Below the pieces are notes generated by a model. The model was not told the origin of the DNA. It was given only the letters and a program-made list of their open reading frames with translations, and did not search any database. A stretch of 64,000 bases of DNA from Candidatus Eiseniibacteriota bacterium (GTDB lineage Bacteria; Eisenbacteria; RBG-16-71-46; JABDJR01). The stretch spans positions 1-64,000 of the forward strand of contig CAWANH010000028.1 of assembly GCA_963783375.1 (NCBI GenBank). Reading direction: 5' to 3'. Position numbers and translations under genes: made by a program. Of the stretch, positions 41,442-51,561 are shown one piece after another; the first letter of the stretch is position 1; every line of letters begins with the position of its first letter.

Positions 41442-42812
41442 GTGACCTCCACCCGATTCGAGATCAAGCGCCTCGCCGCCCTCGCCACCCCGGTGGTCAT
41501 CACCCAGGTGACGAGCATGCTCATGGGCGTGGTGGACATCCTGATGGTCGGTCACGTGAGCGTGAACGCCATCGGGGCGGCGTCCCTGGGGCGGCTCTGG
41601 GTGTTCGGCACCCTCCTCTTCGGCCTCGGGGTGGTGTTCGGGCTCGACCCCCTGGTCACCCAGGCCCACGGAGCCGGGGACACCCGGCGCCTGGCGGTGG
41701 CCACCCAGCGCGGGGCGGTGCTGGCCCTGGTCCTGGGGCTCCCTCTGGGAGTGCTGTGGCTCTTCACCGGGCGGGTGCTCCTCCTCCTCGGACAGAGCGG
41801 GGACCTGGCCCGGCTGGCCCAGACCTACGTCACGGTTCAGATCCCCAGCATCCCGGCGATTCTCCTCTTCACGGTGATCCGGCAGTACCTCCAGGGCCGG
41901 GCCATCATGCGCCCGGCCATGTGGACGGCCATCCTCGCCAACGGCGTGAACGTGCTCCTAAACTGGGTGCTCATCTTCGGACACTGGGGGGCGCCGGCCA
42001 TGGGGGTCATGGGGGCGGGGATCGCGACCGCCATCACCCGGTGGTTCATGTTCGGGACGCTCCTCTTCATCACCCTTCGATTCCGGCTGCACGAAGGCGG
42101 CTGGGTGCCCTGGAGCCGCGAGGCCATCCGCCTCTCGGGCCTCCGCGAAATCATGCACTACGGGCTTCCGGTCGGCCTCCAGATCAGCTTCGAGGTCTGG
42201 GCCTTCGAGATCACCACCCTCATGTCCGGCCGTCTGGGAGCGGTTCCCCTGGCCGCCCACACCATCGCTCTCAACCTGGCGTCGTTATCCTTCATGGTGC
42301 CCCTGGGGATCTCCGGAGCCGCGGTGACCCGGGTGGGAAACCTGATCGGCGAGAAACGCCCGCGGGACGCCCAGCGCGCGGCGTCGGTGGCGCTGGCCAT
42401 GGGGGCGGGGGTGATGACGGTGTCCGCGGTGGCGTTCGTGGTGCTCCGCGGCCTCATCCCCCGGCTCTACACCTCCGACCTCACGGTGATCGCCGCCGCG
42501 GCGGGGATCCTCCCCATTGCCGGCGCCTTCCAGATCTTCGACGGCACCCAGGTGGTGGGAACCGGTATCCTACGCGGCATGGGACGCACCCGCCCCGCCG
42601 CGGTGATCTACCTGGTGGGGTACTACGTGCTGGCGCTCCCCATGGCGTGGTGGCTCGGCTTCCGCCTGGAGTACGGGCTTCCCGGGGTATGGTGGGGGCT
42701 CTCCATGGGCCTGGCCGCGGTGGCGCTGATGCTGGTGGCGTGGATCTGGCGGAGGGGGCCGGCGCACTTCCCCATCGCCCCCGGCTTGCCGGCCGAGGCG
42801 TCGACGGGTTAG
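41442..42812 (+). CDS. MATE efflux transporter (NorM-like)
   Basis: VDILMVG, QAHGAG, FMVPLG, FQIFDGTQ; about 12 TM segments. Confidence 0.92.
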   Translation: MTSTRFEIKRLAALATPVVITQVTSMLMGVVDILMVGHVSVNAIGAASLGRLWVFGTLLFGLGVVFGLDPLVTQAHGAGDTRRLAVATQRGAVLALVLGLPLGVLWLFTGRVLLLLGQSGDLARLAQTYVTVQIPSIPAILLFTVIRQYLQGRAIMRPAMWTAILANGVNVLLNWVLIFGHWGAPAMGVMGAGIATAITRWFMFGTLLFITLRFRLHEGGWVPWSREAIRLSGLREIMHYGLPVGLQISFEVWAFEITTLMSGRLGAVPLAAHTIALNLASLSFMVPLGISGAAVTRVGNLIGEKRPRDAQRAASVALAMGAGVMTVSAVAFVVLRGLIPRLYTSDLTVIAAAAGILPIAGAFQIFDGTQVVGTGILRGMGRTRPAAVIYLVGYYVLALPMAWWLGFRLEYGLPGVWWGLSMGLAAVALMLVAWIWRRGPAHFPIAPGLPAEASTG

Positions 42813-42822
42813 AAAGATCGAC

Positions 42823-44121
42823 ATGAGCGGATCCGGGGACGGCAAGCTCGGCTATTTGGAAGTGACGGCCATCGGGGTCGGCGGCATGGTCGGCGGTGGG
42901 ATCTTCGCCGTTCTCGGCCTCTCGGTGGAACTCACCCGCGGGGGAGCCCCGGTCGCCTTCCTCCTGGCCGGGATAGTGGCGCTCGTCACCTCCTATTCGT
43001 ACGCGCGGCTCTCGGTGACCTATCCCAGCCAGGGAGGGACCGTCGCCTTTCTGGATCGCGCGTTCGGCCCCGGCCTCCTGACCGGAACCTCGAACATCCT
43101 GCTCTGGATCAGCTACATCGTCATGCTCTCGCTCTACGCCTTCGCCTTCGGAAGCTACGGGGCGTCGCTTCTTCCGCACGGGTCGGAATCGCTCTGGAGA
43201 CACGTTCTGATCACCGCGAGCCTGGTCGGCATCACCGGGCTGAATCTCCTGAGCGCCAAGCTGATCGGCGAGGCGGAAGACTGGATCGTGTTGATCAAGC
43301 TGGCCATTCTCCTCTTCTTCGTGGCGGTCGGGATCTGGGGAGTCGACGGATCCCGGCTGGCGCCGTCGTCCTGGGCGTCCCCGCTGGGCCTCGTCTCGGG
43401 CGGGATGATCATCTTTCTCGCCTACGAGGGGTTCGAGCTGATTGCCAACACGGCCCAGGACGTTCGGGACGGAAAGAAGACGTTGCCTCGCGCTTTCTAC
43501 TCGAGCGTCGGATTCGTGATCGTGCTGTATGTCCTCGTGGCCGTGGTTGCAGTCGGATCGCTTCCGATTTCCAAGATCGTCGATGCCCAGGACTACGCCC
43601 TGGCCGAGGCGGCCCGGCCGTTCCTGGGGCAGTTCGGGTTTCTCCTGATCGCGGTCGCCGCCATGCTCTCGACGGCGTCCGCCATCAATGCCACGGTCTA
43701 TGGCGCGGCCCGGACGAGCTACGTGATCGCCAAGGACGGCGAGCTCCCCCACGAGCTCGAACGCCGGGTCTGGAGTGAACCGATCGAAGGGCTGGTGATC
43801 ACGGCGGCCGCCGCCCTGCTCATCGCCAACCTGATCGATCTATCGAGCCTGTCGACCATGGGAAGCGCCGGGTTCCTGGTGGTCTTCGCCGCGGTGAACG
43901 CCGCCAACGCGAAGCTGGCCGGCGACACCGGAAGCCGGAGATGGATTTCCCTGGCCGGGGTCGGGCTCTGCCTGGGCGCGCTGGGGTGTCTGATCTGGCA
44001 GACCGCCGTCACCTCGCCCAGCCACCTCTGGATCCTGCTGGTGATGGTGGGCGCCTCATTCCTGATCGAGTCAACCTTCCGCACGGTCACGCGTCGGAAG
44101 ATCCGCATCCCGAAGGACTAG
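42823..44121 (+). CDS. APC-family amino acid permease
   Basis: IGVGGMVGGGIF, FLAYEGFELIAN. Confidence 0.9.
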   Translation: MSGSGDGKLGYLEVTAIGVGGMVGGGIFAVLGLSVELTRGGAPVAFLLAGIVALVTSYSYARLSVTYPSQGGTVAFLDRAFGPGLLTGTSNILLWISYIVMLSLYAFAFGSYGASLLPHGSESLWRHVLITASLVGITGLNLLSAKLIGEAEDWIVLIKLAILLFFVAVGIWGVDGSRLAPSSWASPLGLVSGGMIIFLAYEGFELIANTAQDVRDGKKTLPRAFYSSVGFVIVLYVLVAVVAVGSLPISKIVDAQDYALAEAARPFLGQFGFLLIAVAAMLSTASAINATVYGAARTSYVIAKDGELPHELERRVWSEPIEGLVITAAAALLIANLIDLSSLSTMGSAGFLVVFAAVNAANAKLAGDTGSRRWISLAGVGLCLGALGCLIWQTAVTSPSHLWILLVMVGASFLIESTFRTVTRRKIRIPKD

Positions 44122-44189
44122 CCGACCCGATGGCCCGCGCGGGACCGAAGGGTCCCCGAGGGACACAGCGCGGCGACGGGCGCCCGGGG

Positions 44190-44387
44190 CGACCCCCGGC
44201 GCGGACTCCGGGGCGGCCCCGGAACGACCCCGGCGCGGACTCCGGGCGGCCCCGGAACGACCCCCGGCGCGGACTCCGGGGCGGCCCCCGGAACGACCCC
44301 CGGCGCGGACTCCGGGGCGGCCCCCGGAACGACCCCCGGCGCGGACTCCGGGGCGGCCCCCGGAACGACCCCCGGCGCGGACTCCGG
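44190..44387. repeat. ~36-bp tandem repeat, about 5.5 copies, each with a hairpin
   Basis: cgacccccggcgcggactccggggcggcccccggaa; tccgggg/ccccgga stem; lies between convergent genes. Confidence 0.9.
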
Positions 44388-44388
44388 C

Positions 44389-44526
44389 CGGCTGCCCTTC
44401 GGCTCGTCGGGTCCGCTCCCTCGGACCGTCCACCGGACGCTCCTTCGGTCGCTCCTTCACCGCGAAGGGGCCCCCGCTTCGCGGCCCTTCGCGGTTCAGA
44501 ACGCCTCCTCGCCCGAAGAGCAGCCG
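44389..44526 (-). repeat. Diverged inverted copy of the structured element at 19381-19552 and 19651-19822
   Basis: Exact 20-mer ctcggaccgtccaccggacg (44420-44439) is the reverse complement of 19484-19503; same hairpin order; closing stem cggctgcccttcgg/ccgaagagcagccg. Confidence 0.8.
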
Positions 44527-44582
44527 TCCGTCGCCGCGCCGCAGGCACATGACCGGGGCGCACACTGTCGAGCCGGACCGCG

Positions 44583-45965
44583 CTACTTCCGACCCACCAG
44601 GATCACCCGGAGATCCATCACGTTGGTGCCGGTGGGGCCGGTCCGGAGCAGGCCCCCCGCGGCCTCGAAGAACGGGTAGGCGTCGTGGTTGTCAAGGGCG
44701 CGGCGCGGGTCCAGCCCGAGGCGCGCCGCCGCCCGCGCGACCGAGGCGTCCGCCATCGCGCCGGCGGCGTCGGTGGGGCCGTCCTCGCCGTCGGTGCCGC
44801 CGCAGAGCACCACGACGTCGCGGAGGCCGGCAGCGCCCAGATGGACCAGCGCCCCCAGAACCAGCTCCTGGTTCCGCCCGCCCCGCCCCGGGTGCTCTCC
44901 CAGGGTGACCGTGGTCTCACCGCCGCTCAGAATGCAGAGCGGCGGGGCGAACGGGAGGTCCTCGTCCCGGGCCGCGGCGGCCAGGCCGGCCAGGACCACG
45001 CCCGCCTCCCGGGATTCGCCCTCGATCCGCGAGCCGAGGTTCACCACCCGGTAGCCGAGGGTCCGGGCCCGCCGCGCCGACGCCCGCAACGCCGTCCGGT
45101 TGTTCCCGATGACCACGTTGGTCACCCGGGAACCGAGCCGCTTCACCGTCTCGGGGATCTCCCCGCGCGCGCCGCGGCGAAGGTGCTCCACCGGCCGGGC
45201 CGGCGCGCGCTCCAGCAACCCGTATTTCTCCAGGACGGCGAGCGCGTCGCCGTAGGTGCCGGGATCCGCCGCCGTCGGCCCCGAGGCGATCGCGTCCAGC
45301 GGATCGCCCACCACGTCCGAGACGATCAGGCTCACCACCCGGGCCTTCCCCGCCGCCCGGGCCAGCCCGCCGCCCTTCACGCGGGACAGGTGCTTTCGCA
45401 CCGCGTTCATCTCGACGATGGTGGCGCCGGACGCGTGGAGGAGCCCGGTCAGCGCCCGCTTGTCCTCGAGGGTCACCTCACCGGCCGGCGCGGGCAGGAG
45501 CGCCGACCCACCCCCCGAAATCAGGCACAGCACCAGATCGCGCGGACCCAGGGATTCCAACAGCTCCAGGATGCGCCCGGCTCCAACCACTCCGGCCTCG
45601 GTGGGCTGGTTCACCCCCGCCGGCCGCGCGGGATGGAGAACGATCCGCTCCAGGGGGCGGACCGAAGGCGCCGGCACGTTCACCCACCCCACCACGTCCT
45701 TGGTTTCAAGGAGCCGGGGCCCCAGGACCCGCTCCGCGGCCTCGGCCATGGAAGCGCCGGCCTTCCCGGCTCCGACGACCGCGATCCGCCGAACCGGACC
45801 CAGCCGGATCGCCGAATCCCCGACCTGGAGGACGTCCCCCCGCACCCGCATCGCCGTCCGCACCAGCCGTTCCGGCTCGACCGCATCCACCCCGGACCGC
45901 CAGACCGCCTCGGCATCCGCGCGTAGAGCCCGGCCTTTCGCCGCGACCCGGCCGCGCCCCTTCAC
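44583..45965 (-). CDS. Glycerate 2-kinase (TtuD/GckA, MOFRL family)
   Basis: GAGKA, LISGGGSAL, VRKHLSRVKGG, SDVVGD, GGETTV, GGRNQE, TDGEDG, TGTNVMD. Confidence 0.92.
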   Translation of the reverse strand: MKGRGRVAAKGRALRADAEAVWRSGVDAVEPERLVRTAMRVRGDVLQVGDSAIRLGPVRRIAVVGAGKAGASMAEAAERVLGPRLLETKDVVGWVNVPAPSVRPLERIVLHPARPAGVNQPTEAGVVGAGRILELLESLGPRDLVLCLISGGGSALLPAPAGEVTLEDKRALTGLLHASGATIVEMNAVRKHLSRVKGGGLARAAGKARVVSLIVSDVVGDPLDAIASGPTAADPGTYGDALAVLEKYGLLERAPARPVEHLRRGARGEIPETVKRLGSRVTNVVIGNNRTALRASARRARTLGYRVVNLGSRIEGESREAGVVLAGLAAAARDEDLPFAPPLCILSGGETTVTLGEHPGRGGRNQELVLGALVHLGAAGLRDVVVLCGGTDGEDGPTDAAGAMADASVARAAARLGLDPRRALDNHDAYPFFEAAGGLLRTGPTGTNVMDLRVILVGRK

Positions 45966-45986
45966 CGCGGTTCCCCACCGCTCAAG

Positions 45987-46015
45987 TTGACCGGCCTCGG
46001 ACGCATCCCTAGAAT
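45987..46015 (+). promoter_or_regulatory. Putative sigma70 promoter
   Basis: TTGACC-17bp-TAGAAT upstream of the dehydrogenase. Confidence 0.65.
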
Positions 46016-46052
46016 CGCTCGAAGCGCTCCGCTCACCAAATCGAGGACCTCC

Positions 46053-47045
46053 ATGCCCAAACCCAAAGTGTTCGTGACCCGGGTGATCCCCGCCGCCGGT
46101 CTCGACAAGGTCAAGTCCTTATGCGATGCGGAGATCTGGCCGGACCCGCTTCCTCCCCCGCGCGAGATTCTGATGCAAAAGGCGAGCGAGTGCGAGGGGC
46201 TTCTCTCGCTCCTCACCGACCGGGTGGACGGTCCGCTCCTGGATCAGGCCCCCGGCCTCAAGGTCGTGAGCAATTACGCGGTGGGCTACAACAACATCGA
46301 CGTGGACGCGGCCTCCAAGCGGGGGGTCGCGATCGGGAACACCCCCGACGTGCTCACCGACGCCACCGCCGACATGGCCTTCTGCCTGATGATCGCCGCC
46401 TCCCGGCGGCTGCTGGAGTCGAACGCCTACCTCCGGGATGGAAAGTGGAAGACCTGGGAACCCCTGGGGCACATCGGCCAGGATCTGGTGGGGCGGACCC
46501 TGGGGGTGCTCGGCATGGGCCGGATCGGCTACGGGCTGGCCCGGCGCTGCCACCGCGGCTGGGACATGCGCGTCCTCTACACCGACGTCTACCAGAACGG
46601 AACCGCGGAGCGGGAGCTGGGAGCGCGGCGGGTGGACTTCGACACCCTGCTCGGGGAAAGCGACTTCGTGAGCGTCCACACCGTGTTGAGCCCCGAGACC
46701 CGGGGGCTCTTCGACGCCGCCGCGTTCCGGAAGATGAAGCCCACCGCGATCTTCATCAACACCGCCCGCGGCCCCATCCACGTGAAGGACGACCTGGGGG
46801 AGGCGCTTCGAAGCGGTGAGATCTTCGCCGCCGGCCTCGACGTGACCAACCCCGAGCCGCTTCCGGTGGACGACCCGGTGCTGGCCCTTCCCAACCTGAT
46901 CATCACCCCTCACATCGCCAGCGCCACCGTCACCAGCCGGAACGCCATGGCCGAGATCGCGGCCGACAACCTCATCGCGGGGGTCCGGGGGGAGCCGCTC
47001 CGGGCCTGGGTCAATCCGGAGGTGAGCGGGAAGCGCCGGACTTAG
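46053..47045 (+). CDS. D-glycerate dehydrogenase / glyoxylate-hydroxypyruvate reductase
   Basis: AVGYNNID, NTPDVLT, GMGRIG, INTARG, GLDV..EP, TPHIAS. Confidence 0.9.
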   Translation: MPKPKVFVTRVIPAAGLDKVKSLCDAEIWPDPLPPPREILMQKASECEGLLSLLTDRVDGPLLDQAPGLKVVSNYAVGYNNIDVDAASKRGVAIGNTPDVLTDATADMAFCLMIAASRRLLESNAYLRDGKWKTWEPLGHIGQDLVGRTLGVLGMGRIGYGLARRCHRGWDMRVLYTDVYQNGTAERELGARRVDFDTLLGESDFVSVHTVLSPETRGLFDAAAFRKMKPTAIFINTARGPIHVKDDLGEALRSGEIFAAGLDVTNPEPLPVDDPVLALPNLIITPHIASATVTSRNAMAEIAADNLIAGVRGEPLRAWVNPEVSGKRRT

Positions 47046-47096
47046 TCTTCCCCGTCTGGCGTATGATCAACATATGCCCGAGGGGATCCTGAATCG

Positions 47097-49700
47097 ATGA
47101 TCGACCGCCTGGAGATCCTGTGGAGCGCCCTCCGGAGGGCGGTGAGCCGGAACCGCTGGAGCGCCCGGCTCCTGGGCCACCGGCCGCCTCCCCCCCACTC
47201 CGACGCCCCGGGGCTGGTGCTCATCCAGCTGGACGGCCTGGGCGAGCGGGCGCTCCGTCGCGCCCTGGACGAGGGGCAGATGCCCTTCCTGGAGCACCTC
47301 CTGGAGCGGGAGGGGCACGAGCTTCGCTCGGTCTACACCGGGCTTCCCAGCAATACCCCGGGCTTCCAGGCCGAGTTCTTCTACGGCGCCGCCTCCACCA
47401 TTCCCGCCTTCAGCTTCCGCGACCCCGCGCTTCGCCGGGTGGTGCGGATGAACGACCGGGCCTGGGTCTCGGGGATGGAGCACGACCTGGGGAAGAAGCG
47501 CGCCGGGCTCCTGGAGCACGGGTCCGCGTGGTCGGGGATCTACAACGGCGGCGCGGCCGAAACCCACCTCTGCGTGTCCCCCGCGGTGGCCGGACCTCCG
47601 GCCAGCCTGTTCGGGCGGATCCGGATCGCCGGCATCGTGTTCTGGAACGCATGGAGCCTGCTCCGGGTGGCCGGGAATCTCGGCTTCACCACCGCCCTGG
47701 CGCTTCGGGACTGGCTCCGGGGCCGCATCGACCGAGGCGAACTCGCCTACGAACTCCGCTGGGTGCCCTACCGGGTGCTGATCGGGGCGGCCATCCGCGA
47801 GGCGGTGACCGCGGGCGCCTCGATCGACGCGGAGCGGGGGCTCCCGGTCATCCACCTGAACTTCACCGGGTTCGACGAGCTGGCCCATCGCCGCGGTCCC
47901 ACCGCCCGTTCGGCGAGGATGGCGCTGCGGGGGATCGACCGGTCGGTGCGCCGGGTGACCCTGGCCGCCCACCGGTCCAAGGGGCGCGACTACCAGGTCT
48001 GGATCTACTCCGATCACGGACACGAGACCGTGGCGCCCTTCGAGCAGCGGCAGGGTAAGACCCTGACCGAGACCGTGGAGCGGGTCTACAAGATGGTTCG
48101 GGACATCGTGGGGGCGCGGGGGGCTCCGCCGCCGTCCCTGGCCTTCCCCCCGCTCCCGGGGGAGATGCGATCCCAGTCCCTGGCCGCGGGTATGCCGGGG
48201 TGGCTCCGCGGCGGATCCGCGCCCAAGATGGTCGGGAGCCTCCGGTTCGGAGAGGAGCCCGGGGAGCCGGGACGCGGGGGAAGCGGGACGGGCGAACCGG
48301 AGGGCGCCGGGCCGGGCGGGGAAGCCTCGGAGAACGACGCGGGACGAGGGGCGATCGAGGTGGTGTACCAGGGCCCCCTCGGCTTCGTGTACCTCCCCAT
48401 CCGCCACGACAGGGCGTTTCTGGCCTGGCTGGCCGAGGTGCTGGCCGCCGAAGGGGGAATCCCCTGGGTGCTCCTCCCCGAGGGCGAGGCGTCGGTTCTC
48501 GCCTTCTCCGCCGACGGCCGTTTCTACCGGCTCCCCGACCAGGCGACGGCCATCCTGGGGGCGGACCACCCCCACCTGGCCGAGGCGACCGCGGACCTGG
48601 TGCGCCAGGTGCGCCACCGGGCATCGGGGGACCTGGTGCTCCTGGGCTGGGACCAGGGGGCGCCCCTCTCCTTCGAGGTTGAACGGGGCACCCACGGCGG
48701 ACCCGGACCCGCCGAGACCTCGGCCTTCGTCCTCTTCCCCCCCGAGGTCCGCGCCTTCGCGCCGATTCCCGAGAGCCTCCGCCCGCGCGATCTCCGGCGG
48801 ATGGCCCTCCACGTCCTCGACCGGCGCCAGGAGGAGGAGAAGCGGGCCCGGGGGCGGACGGCGCTACGCTCCACCCGGGAAACCCAGGAAGAACGGGACG
48901 CCGGGGCCATGCGGCTCCGCCTCATGACCTACAACGTCCACGGCTGCCGCGGAATGGACGGGAAGTTCGCCCCCCAGCGAATCGCCCGGATCATCGCCCG
49001 GGAACGACCGGACGTGGTATGCCTCCAGGAGCTGGACCAGGAACGAACGCGCTCGGGCGGGGTGGACCAGGTGAGGGTGATCGCGGAGCGGCTCCAGGCC
49101 GACTACCGCTTTCACGCGGTGGCCGAGGTGGACGACGGGGCGTTCGGGAACGCCGTCCTCTCCTCCCACGAACTCCGGGTGGTGAAGGCGGGATCCCTTC
49201 CATCCGCCGCCCGGGTGAAGGACGTGTTGAATCTCGAGGATCGGGGGGTACTCTGGGTGACCCTGCGGCTGGACGACCGCGAAATCCAGATCCTCAACAC
49301 TCATCTGAGCATCCTGGATCGGGAGCGGCGGATCCAGGTCGAGACGCTCATGGGGGTGGATTGGCTGGGCCACCCCGAGTGCCGGGACCCGGTGATCCTC
49401 TGCGGGGACTTCAACGCGTCGCCGGACTCCCATACCGTGCGGCGGCTGGAGGCCCGGCTCCACAACGTCCTGGGGGCGGACCGCAAGGAACGGAATCTTC
49501 GCACCTGGAGCGGCCGCATGCCGTTACGCCGGATCGACCACGTCCTGGTCAGCCGGGGGATCGGGACCGCCGGAGCCCACGTTCCCCGGAACCGGCTCTC
49601 CCGGGTGGCCTCGGATCACCTCCCCCTGGTCGTGGACCTGGTCTGTCCGATGCGGAGCCCGAACCCCTCGCCCGCCGGGACGGCCGCCGAAAGTCGTTGA
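47097..49700 (+). CDS. Alkaline-phosphatase-superfamily domain fused to an EEP (endonuclease/exonuclease/phosphatase) domain
   Basis: QLDGLG, PSNTP, DELAH, SDHG, HGG; then TYNVHG, LQE, NTHL, GDFN, IDH, SDHLP. Confidence 0.85.
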   Translation: MIDRLEILWSALRRAVSRNRWSARLLGHRPPPPHSDAPGLVLIQLDGLGERALRRALDEGQMPFLEHLLEREGHELRSVYTGLPSNTPGFQAEFFYGAASTIPAFSFRDPALRRVVRMNDRAWVSGMEHDLGKKRAGLLEHGSAWSGIYNGGAAETHLCVSPAVAGPPASLFGRIRIAGIVFWNAWSLLRVAGNLGFTTALALRDWLRGRIDRGELAYELRWVPYRVLIGAAIREAVTAGASIDAERGLPVIHLNFTGFDELAHRRGPTARSARMALRGIDRSVRRVTLAAHRSKGRDYQVWIYSDHGHETVAPFEQRQGKTLTETVERVYKMVRDIVGARGAPPPSLAFPPLPGEMRSQSLAAGMPGWLRGGSAPKMVGSLRFGEEPGEPGRGGSGTGEPEGAGPGGEASENDAGRGAIEVVYQGPLGFVYLPIRHDRAFLAWLAEVLAAEGGIPWVLLPEGEASVLAFSADGRFYRLPDQATAILGADHPHLAEATADLVRQVRHRASGDLVLLGWDQGAPLSFEVERGTHGGPGPAETSAFVLFPPEVRAFAPIPESLRPRDLRRMALHVLDRRQEEEKRARGRTALRSTRETQEERDAGAMRLRLMTYNVHGCRGMDGKFAPQRIARIIARERPDVVCLQELDQERTRSGGVDQVRVIAERLQADYRFHAVAEVDDGAFGNAVLSSHELRVVKAGSLPSAARVKDVLNLEDRGVLWVTLRLDDREIQILNTHLSILDRERRIQVETLMGVDWLGHPECRDPVILCGDFNASPDSHTVRRLEARLHNVLGADRKERNLRTWSGRMPLRRIDHVLVSRGIGTAGAHVPRNRLSRVASDHLPLVVDLVCPMRSPNPSPAGTAAESR

Positions 49701-49725
49701 CACCACTTCCGGGGCTACCTATAAG
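49697..49725 (+). promoter_or_regulatory. Putative sigma70 promoter of mscL
   Basis: TTGACA-17bp-TATAAG. Confidence 0.65.
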
Positions 49726-49785
49726 GAGGCTCTATCCGCGGGCCCCTTCCCCCGGCTCCGACCCGACCCTCACAAGGAGACATTC

Positions 49786-50241
49786 ATGCTCAAGGAGTTC
49801 AAGGAATTCGCCGTTCGCGGGAACGTGGTCGACATGGCGGTCGGCATCATCATCGGCTCCGCCTTCGGCACCATCGTCAAGTCCCTGGTGGCCGACGTGA
49901 TCATGCCCCCCATCGGACTCCTCCTGGGAAACGTGGACTTCACGAACCTGTTCCTGGTGCTCAAGTCGGGAGCCACGCCCGGCCCCTACGCCACCGTCGC
50001 CGACGCCGCCACCGCGGGAGCGGTGACCCTGAACTACGGGGTCTTCATCAACACGCTGATCAGCTTCGTGATCGTGGCCTTCGCGGTGTTCATCCTGATC
50101 AGGAACCTGAACAAGCTGAAGCGGAAGGACGAGAGCGCGCCGCCCCCGCCCAACACCAAGCAGTGTCCCTTCTGCGTCTCCACCATCGACAAGGCGGCCA
50201 CCCGCTGCCCGAGCTGCACGTCGGACTTGAAAGCGGCGTGA
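49786..50241 (+). CDS. mscL: Large-conductance mechanosensitive channel with C-terminal CxxC..CxxC
   Basis: [31 protein letters not shown]. Confidence 0.95.
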   Translation: MLKEFKEFAVRGNVVDMAVGIIIGSAFGTIVKSLVADVIMPPIGLLLGNVDFTNLFLVLKSGATPGPYATVADAATAGAVTLNYGVFINTLISFVIVAFAVFILIRNLNKLKRKDESAPPPPNTKQCPFCVSTIDKAATRCPSCTSDLKAA

Positions 50242-51539
50242 CCCGACCGGGGAGGTTCGGCCGCACCCTCGCCGACGATCGGATCCTCTTTCTGATCGCG
50301 CTGGCGGTGCGGCTGGGCCTTACCGCGGTCTATCTCCACGGACGGGTGGTGGAGTCCGGGGTGGAGCTGGGGAAGGTGTCGGACCACCTCCTGGCCGGCC
50401 GGGGTTTCCTCTTCTATTTCTACGGCTCCGACGTCCCCCGGTATGCGTTCTTTCCCCCGCTCTACCCTGCGTTCCTGGCCCTCTTGAAGCTGGTGTTCGG
50501 GTCCGCGGGCTGGGTGTGGGCCATGCAGATCGTCCAGGGAGCGGTCTCCGCGGCCACCGTGGTCCTCCTTCGACGCCTGGCCGGGATCCTCCTGGCGACC
50601 AAGGGGGCGTCTTCCCCCCTCCCCCGGCCCCGCGTCCTGGCCTACGCCGCGGCCTACCTGACCGCGTTCTGGCCTCCGCTCATCATCTACTCCGCCTCCG
50701 CCTACTCGTTGACCTTCGACGCCTTCGGGGTGCTGGTGGCGCTTCACTTCCTGGCCCGGGCCGGCCGCGCCCGCCGGCTCATCCACGCGGTGAAGGCGGG
50801 CGTCGCCTACGGCGTCCTCGCCCTCTCCCTCCCCGCGTTCCTGGGAAGCATCCCCTTCGTTCCCCTGGGCCTCCGAGCCCTGGGGATGACCTGGCGCCGG
50901 GCGGTGGGCGCGGCGATCCTGGCCGGCGTCACCGCCCTGGTCGTCCTCACCCCCTGGATGGTCCGGAACGCGGTCGTCGTCCACCGGTTCATCCCGGTGT
51001 CCACCAACATCGGGTTCAACTACCTGGGCGGCCAGAACCGGTACTCCGACCCCTTCGTGAACCGCCTCTGTCCCGAGGACGCCATCCGCTGGCAGGTCAT
51101 CGATCGCCGGGAACTCGAAACCATGAACGAGGCCGACTTCGACCGGATGCTCCTCCGGCAGGGACTCCGGTTCGCGGCGCGGCACCCGCTCCTCACCGCG
51201 CGCCGGTGCGCGACCCGTCTCGTCTACTATTGGTGGGGAAGTCCGGGGCTGCTGGGGTACAACCGTGTCCAGGGGCTGGCGTACCTCGCTATCATGTCGG
51301 CGGTGATCCCGCTCTTCCTGATCGGGCTGGCTTACGGCCTCCGTCACCGCCGGGTTCTGGGGCTCCTGCTCGCCGTCTTCCTGTGGCAGTCCCTCTTCTA
51401 CATGAACTTCGCGGTCCGCGGACGGTACAGCCTCACCTTCCATCCGCTGATGCTGCTCACCGCGGTGGTGGGGGCGGCGGTGCTCCTCCGGGCCCTCGTT
51501 CCCCGCCTCCGGCCCCGGAGCGCGCCTCTCACGACGTGA
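50238..51539 (+). CDS. ArnT-like (GT-C) membrane glycosyltransferase
   Basis: [28 protein letters not shown]; polytopic. Confidence 0.75.
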   Translation: MTRPGRFGRTLADDRILFLIALAVRLGLTAVYLHGRVVESGVELGKVSDHLLAGRGFLFYFYGSDVPRYAFFPPLYPAFLALLKLVFGSAGWVWAMQIVQGAVSAATVVLLRRLAGILLATKGASSPLPRPRVLAYAAAYLTAFWPPLIIYSASAYSLTFDAFGVLVALHFLARAGRARRLIHAVKAGVAYGVLALSLPAFLGSIPFVPLGLRALGMTWRRAVGAAILAGVTALVVLTPWMVRNAVVVHRFIPVSTNIGFNYLGGQNRYSDPFVNRLCPEDAIRWQVIDRRELETMNEADFDRMLLRQGLRFAARHPLLTARRCATRLVYYWWGSPGLLGYNRVQGLAYLAIMSAVIPLFLIGLAYGLRHRRVLGLLLAVFLWQSLFYMNFAVRGRYSLTFHPLMLLTAVVGAAVLLRALVPRLRPRSAPLTT

Positions 51540-51561
51540 CACGCTCCGGGCCCCGCGGTTC

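Noticed and set aside
44190-44387. CRISPR array (36-bp period)
   Set aside because: Units are contiguous with no unique spacers; it is a simple tandem repeat
50160-50225. Zn-ribbon tail on MscL as a novelty
   Set aside because: CxxC..CxxC tails are common on bacterial MscL homologues
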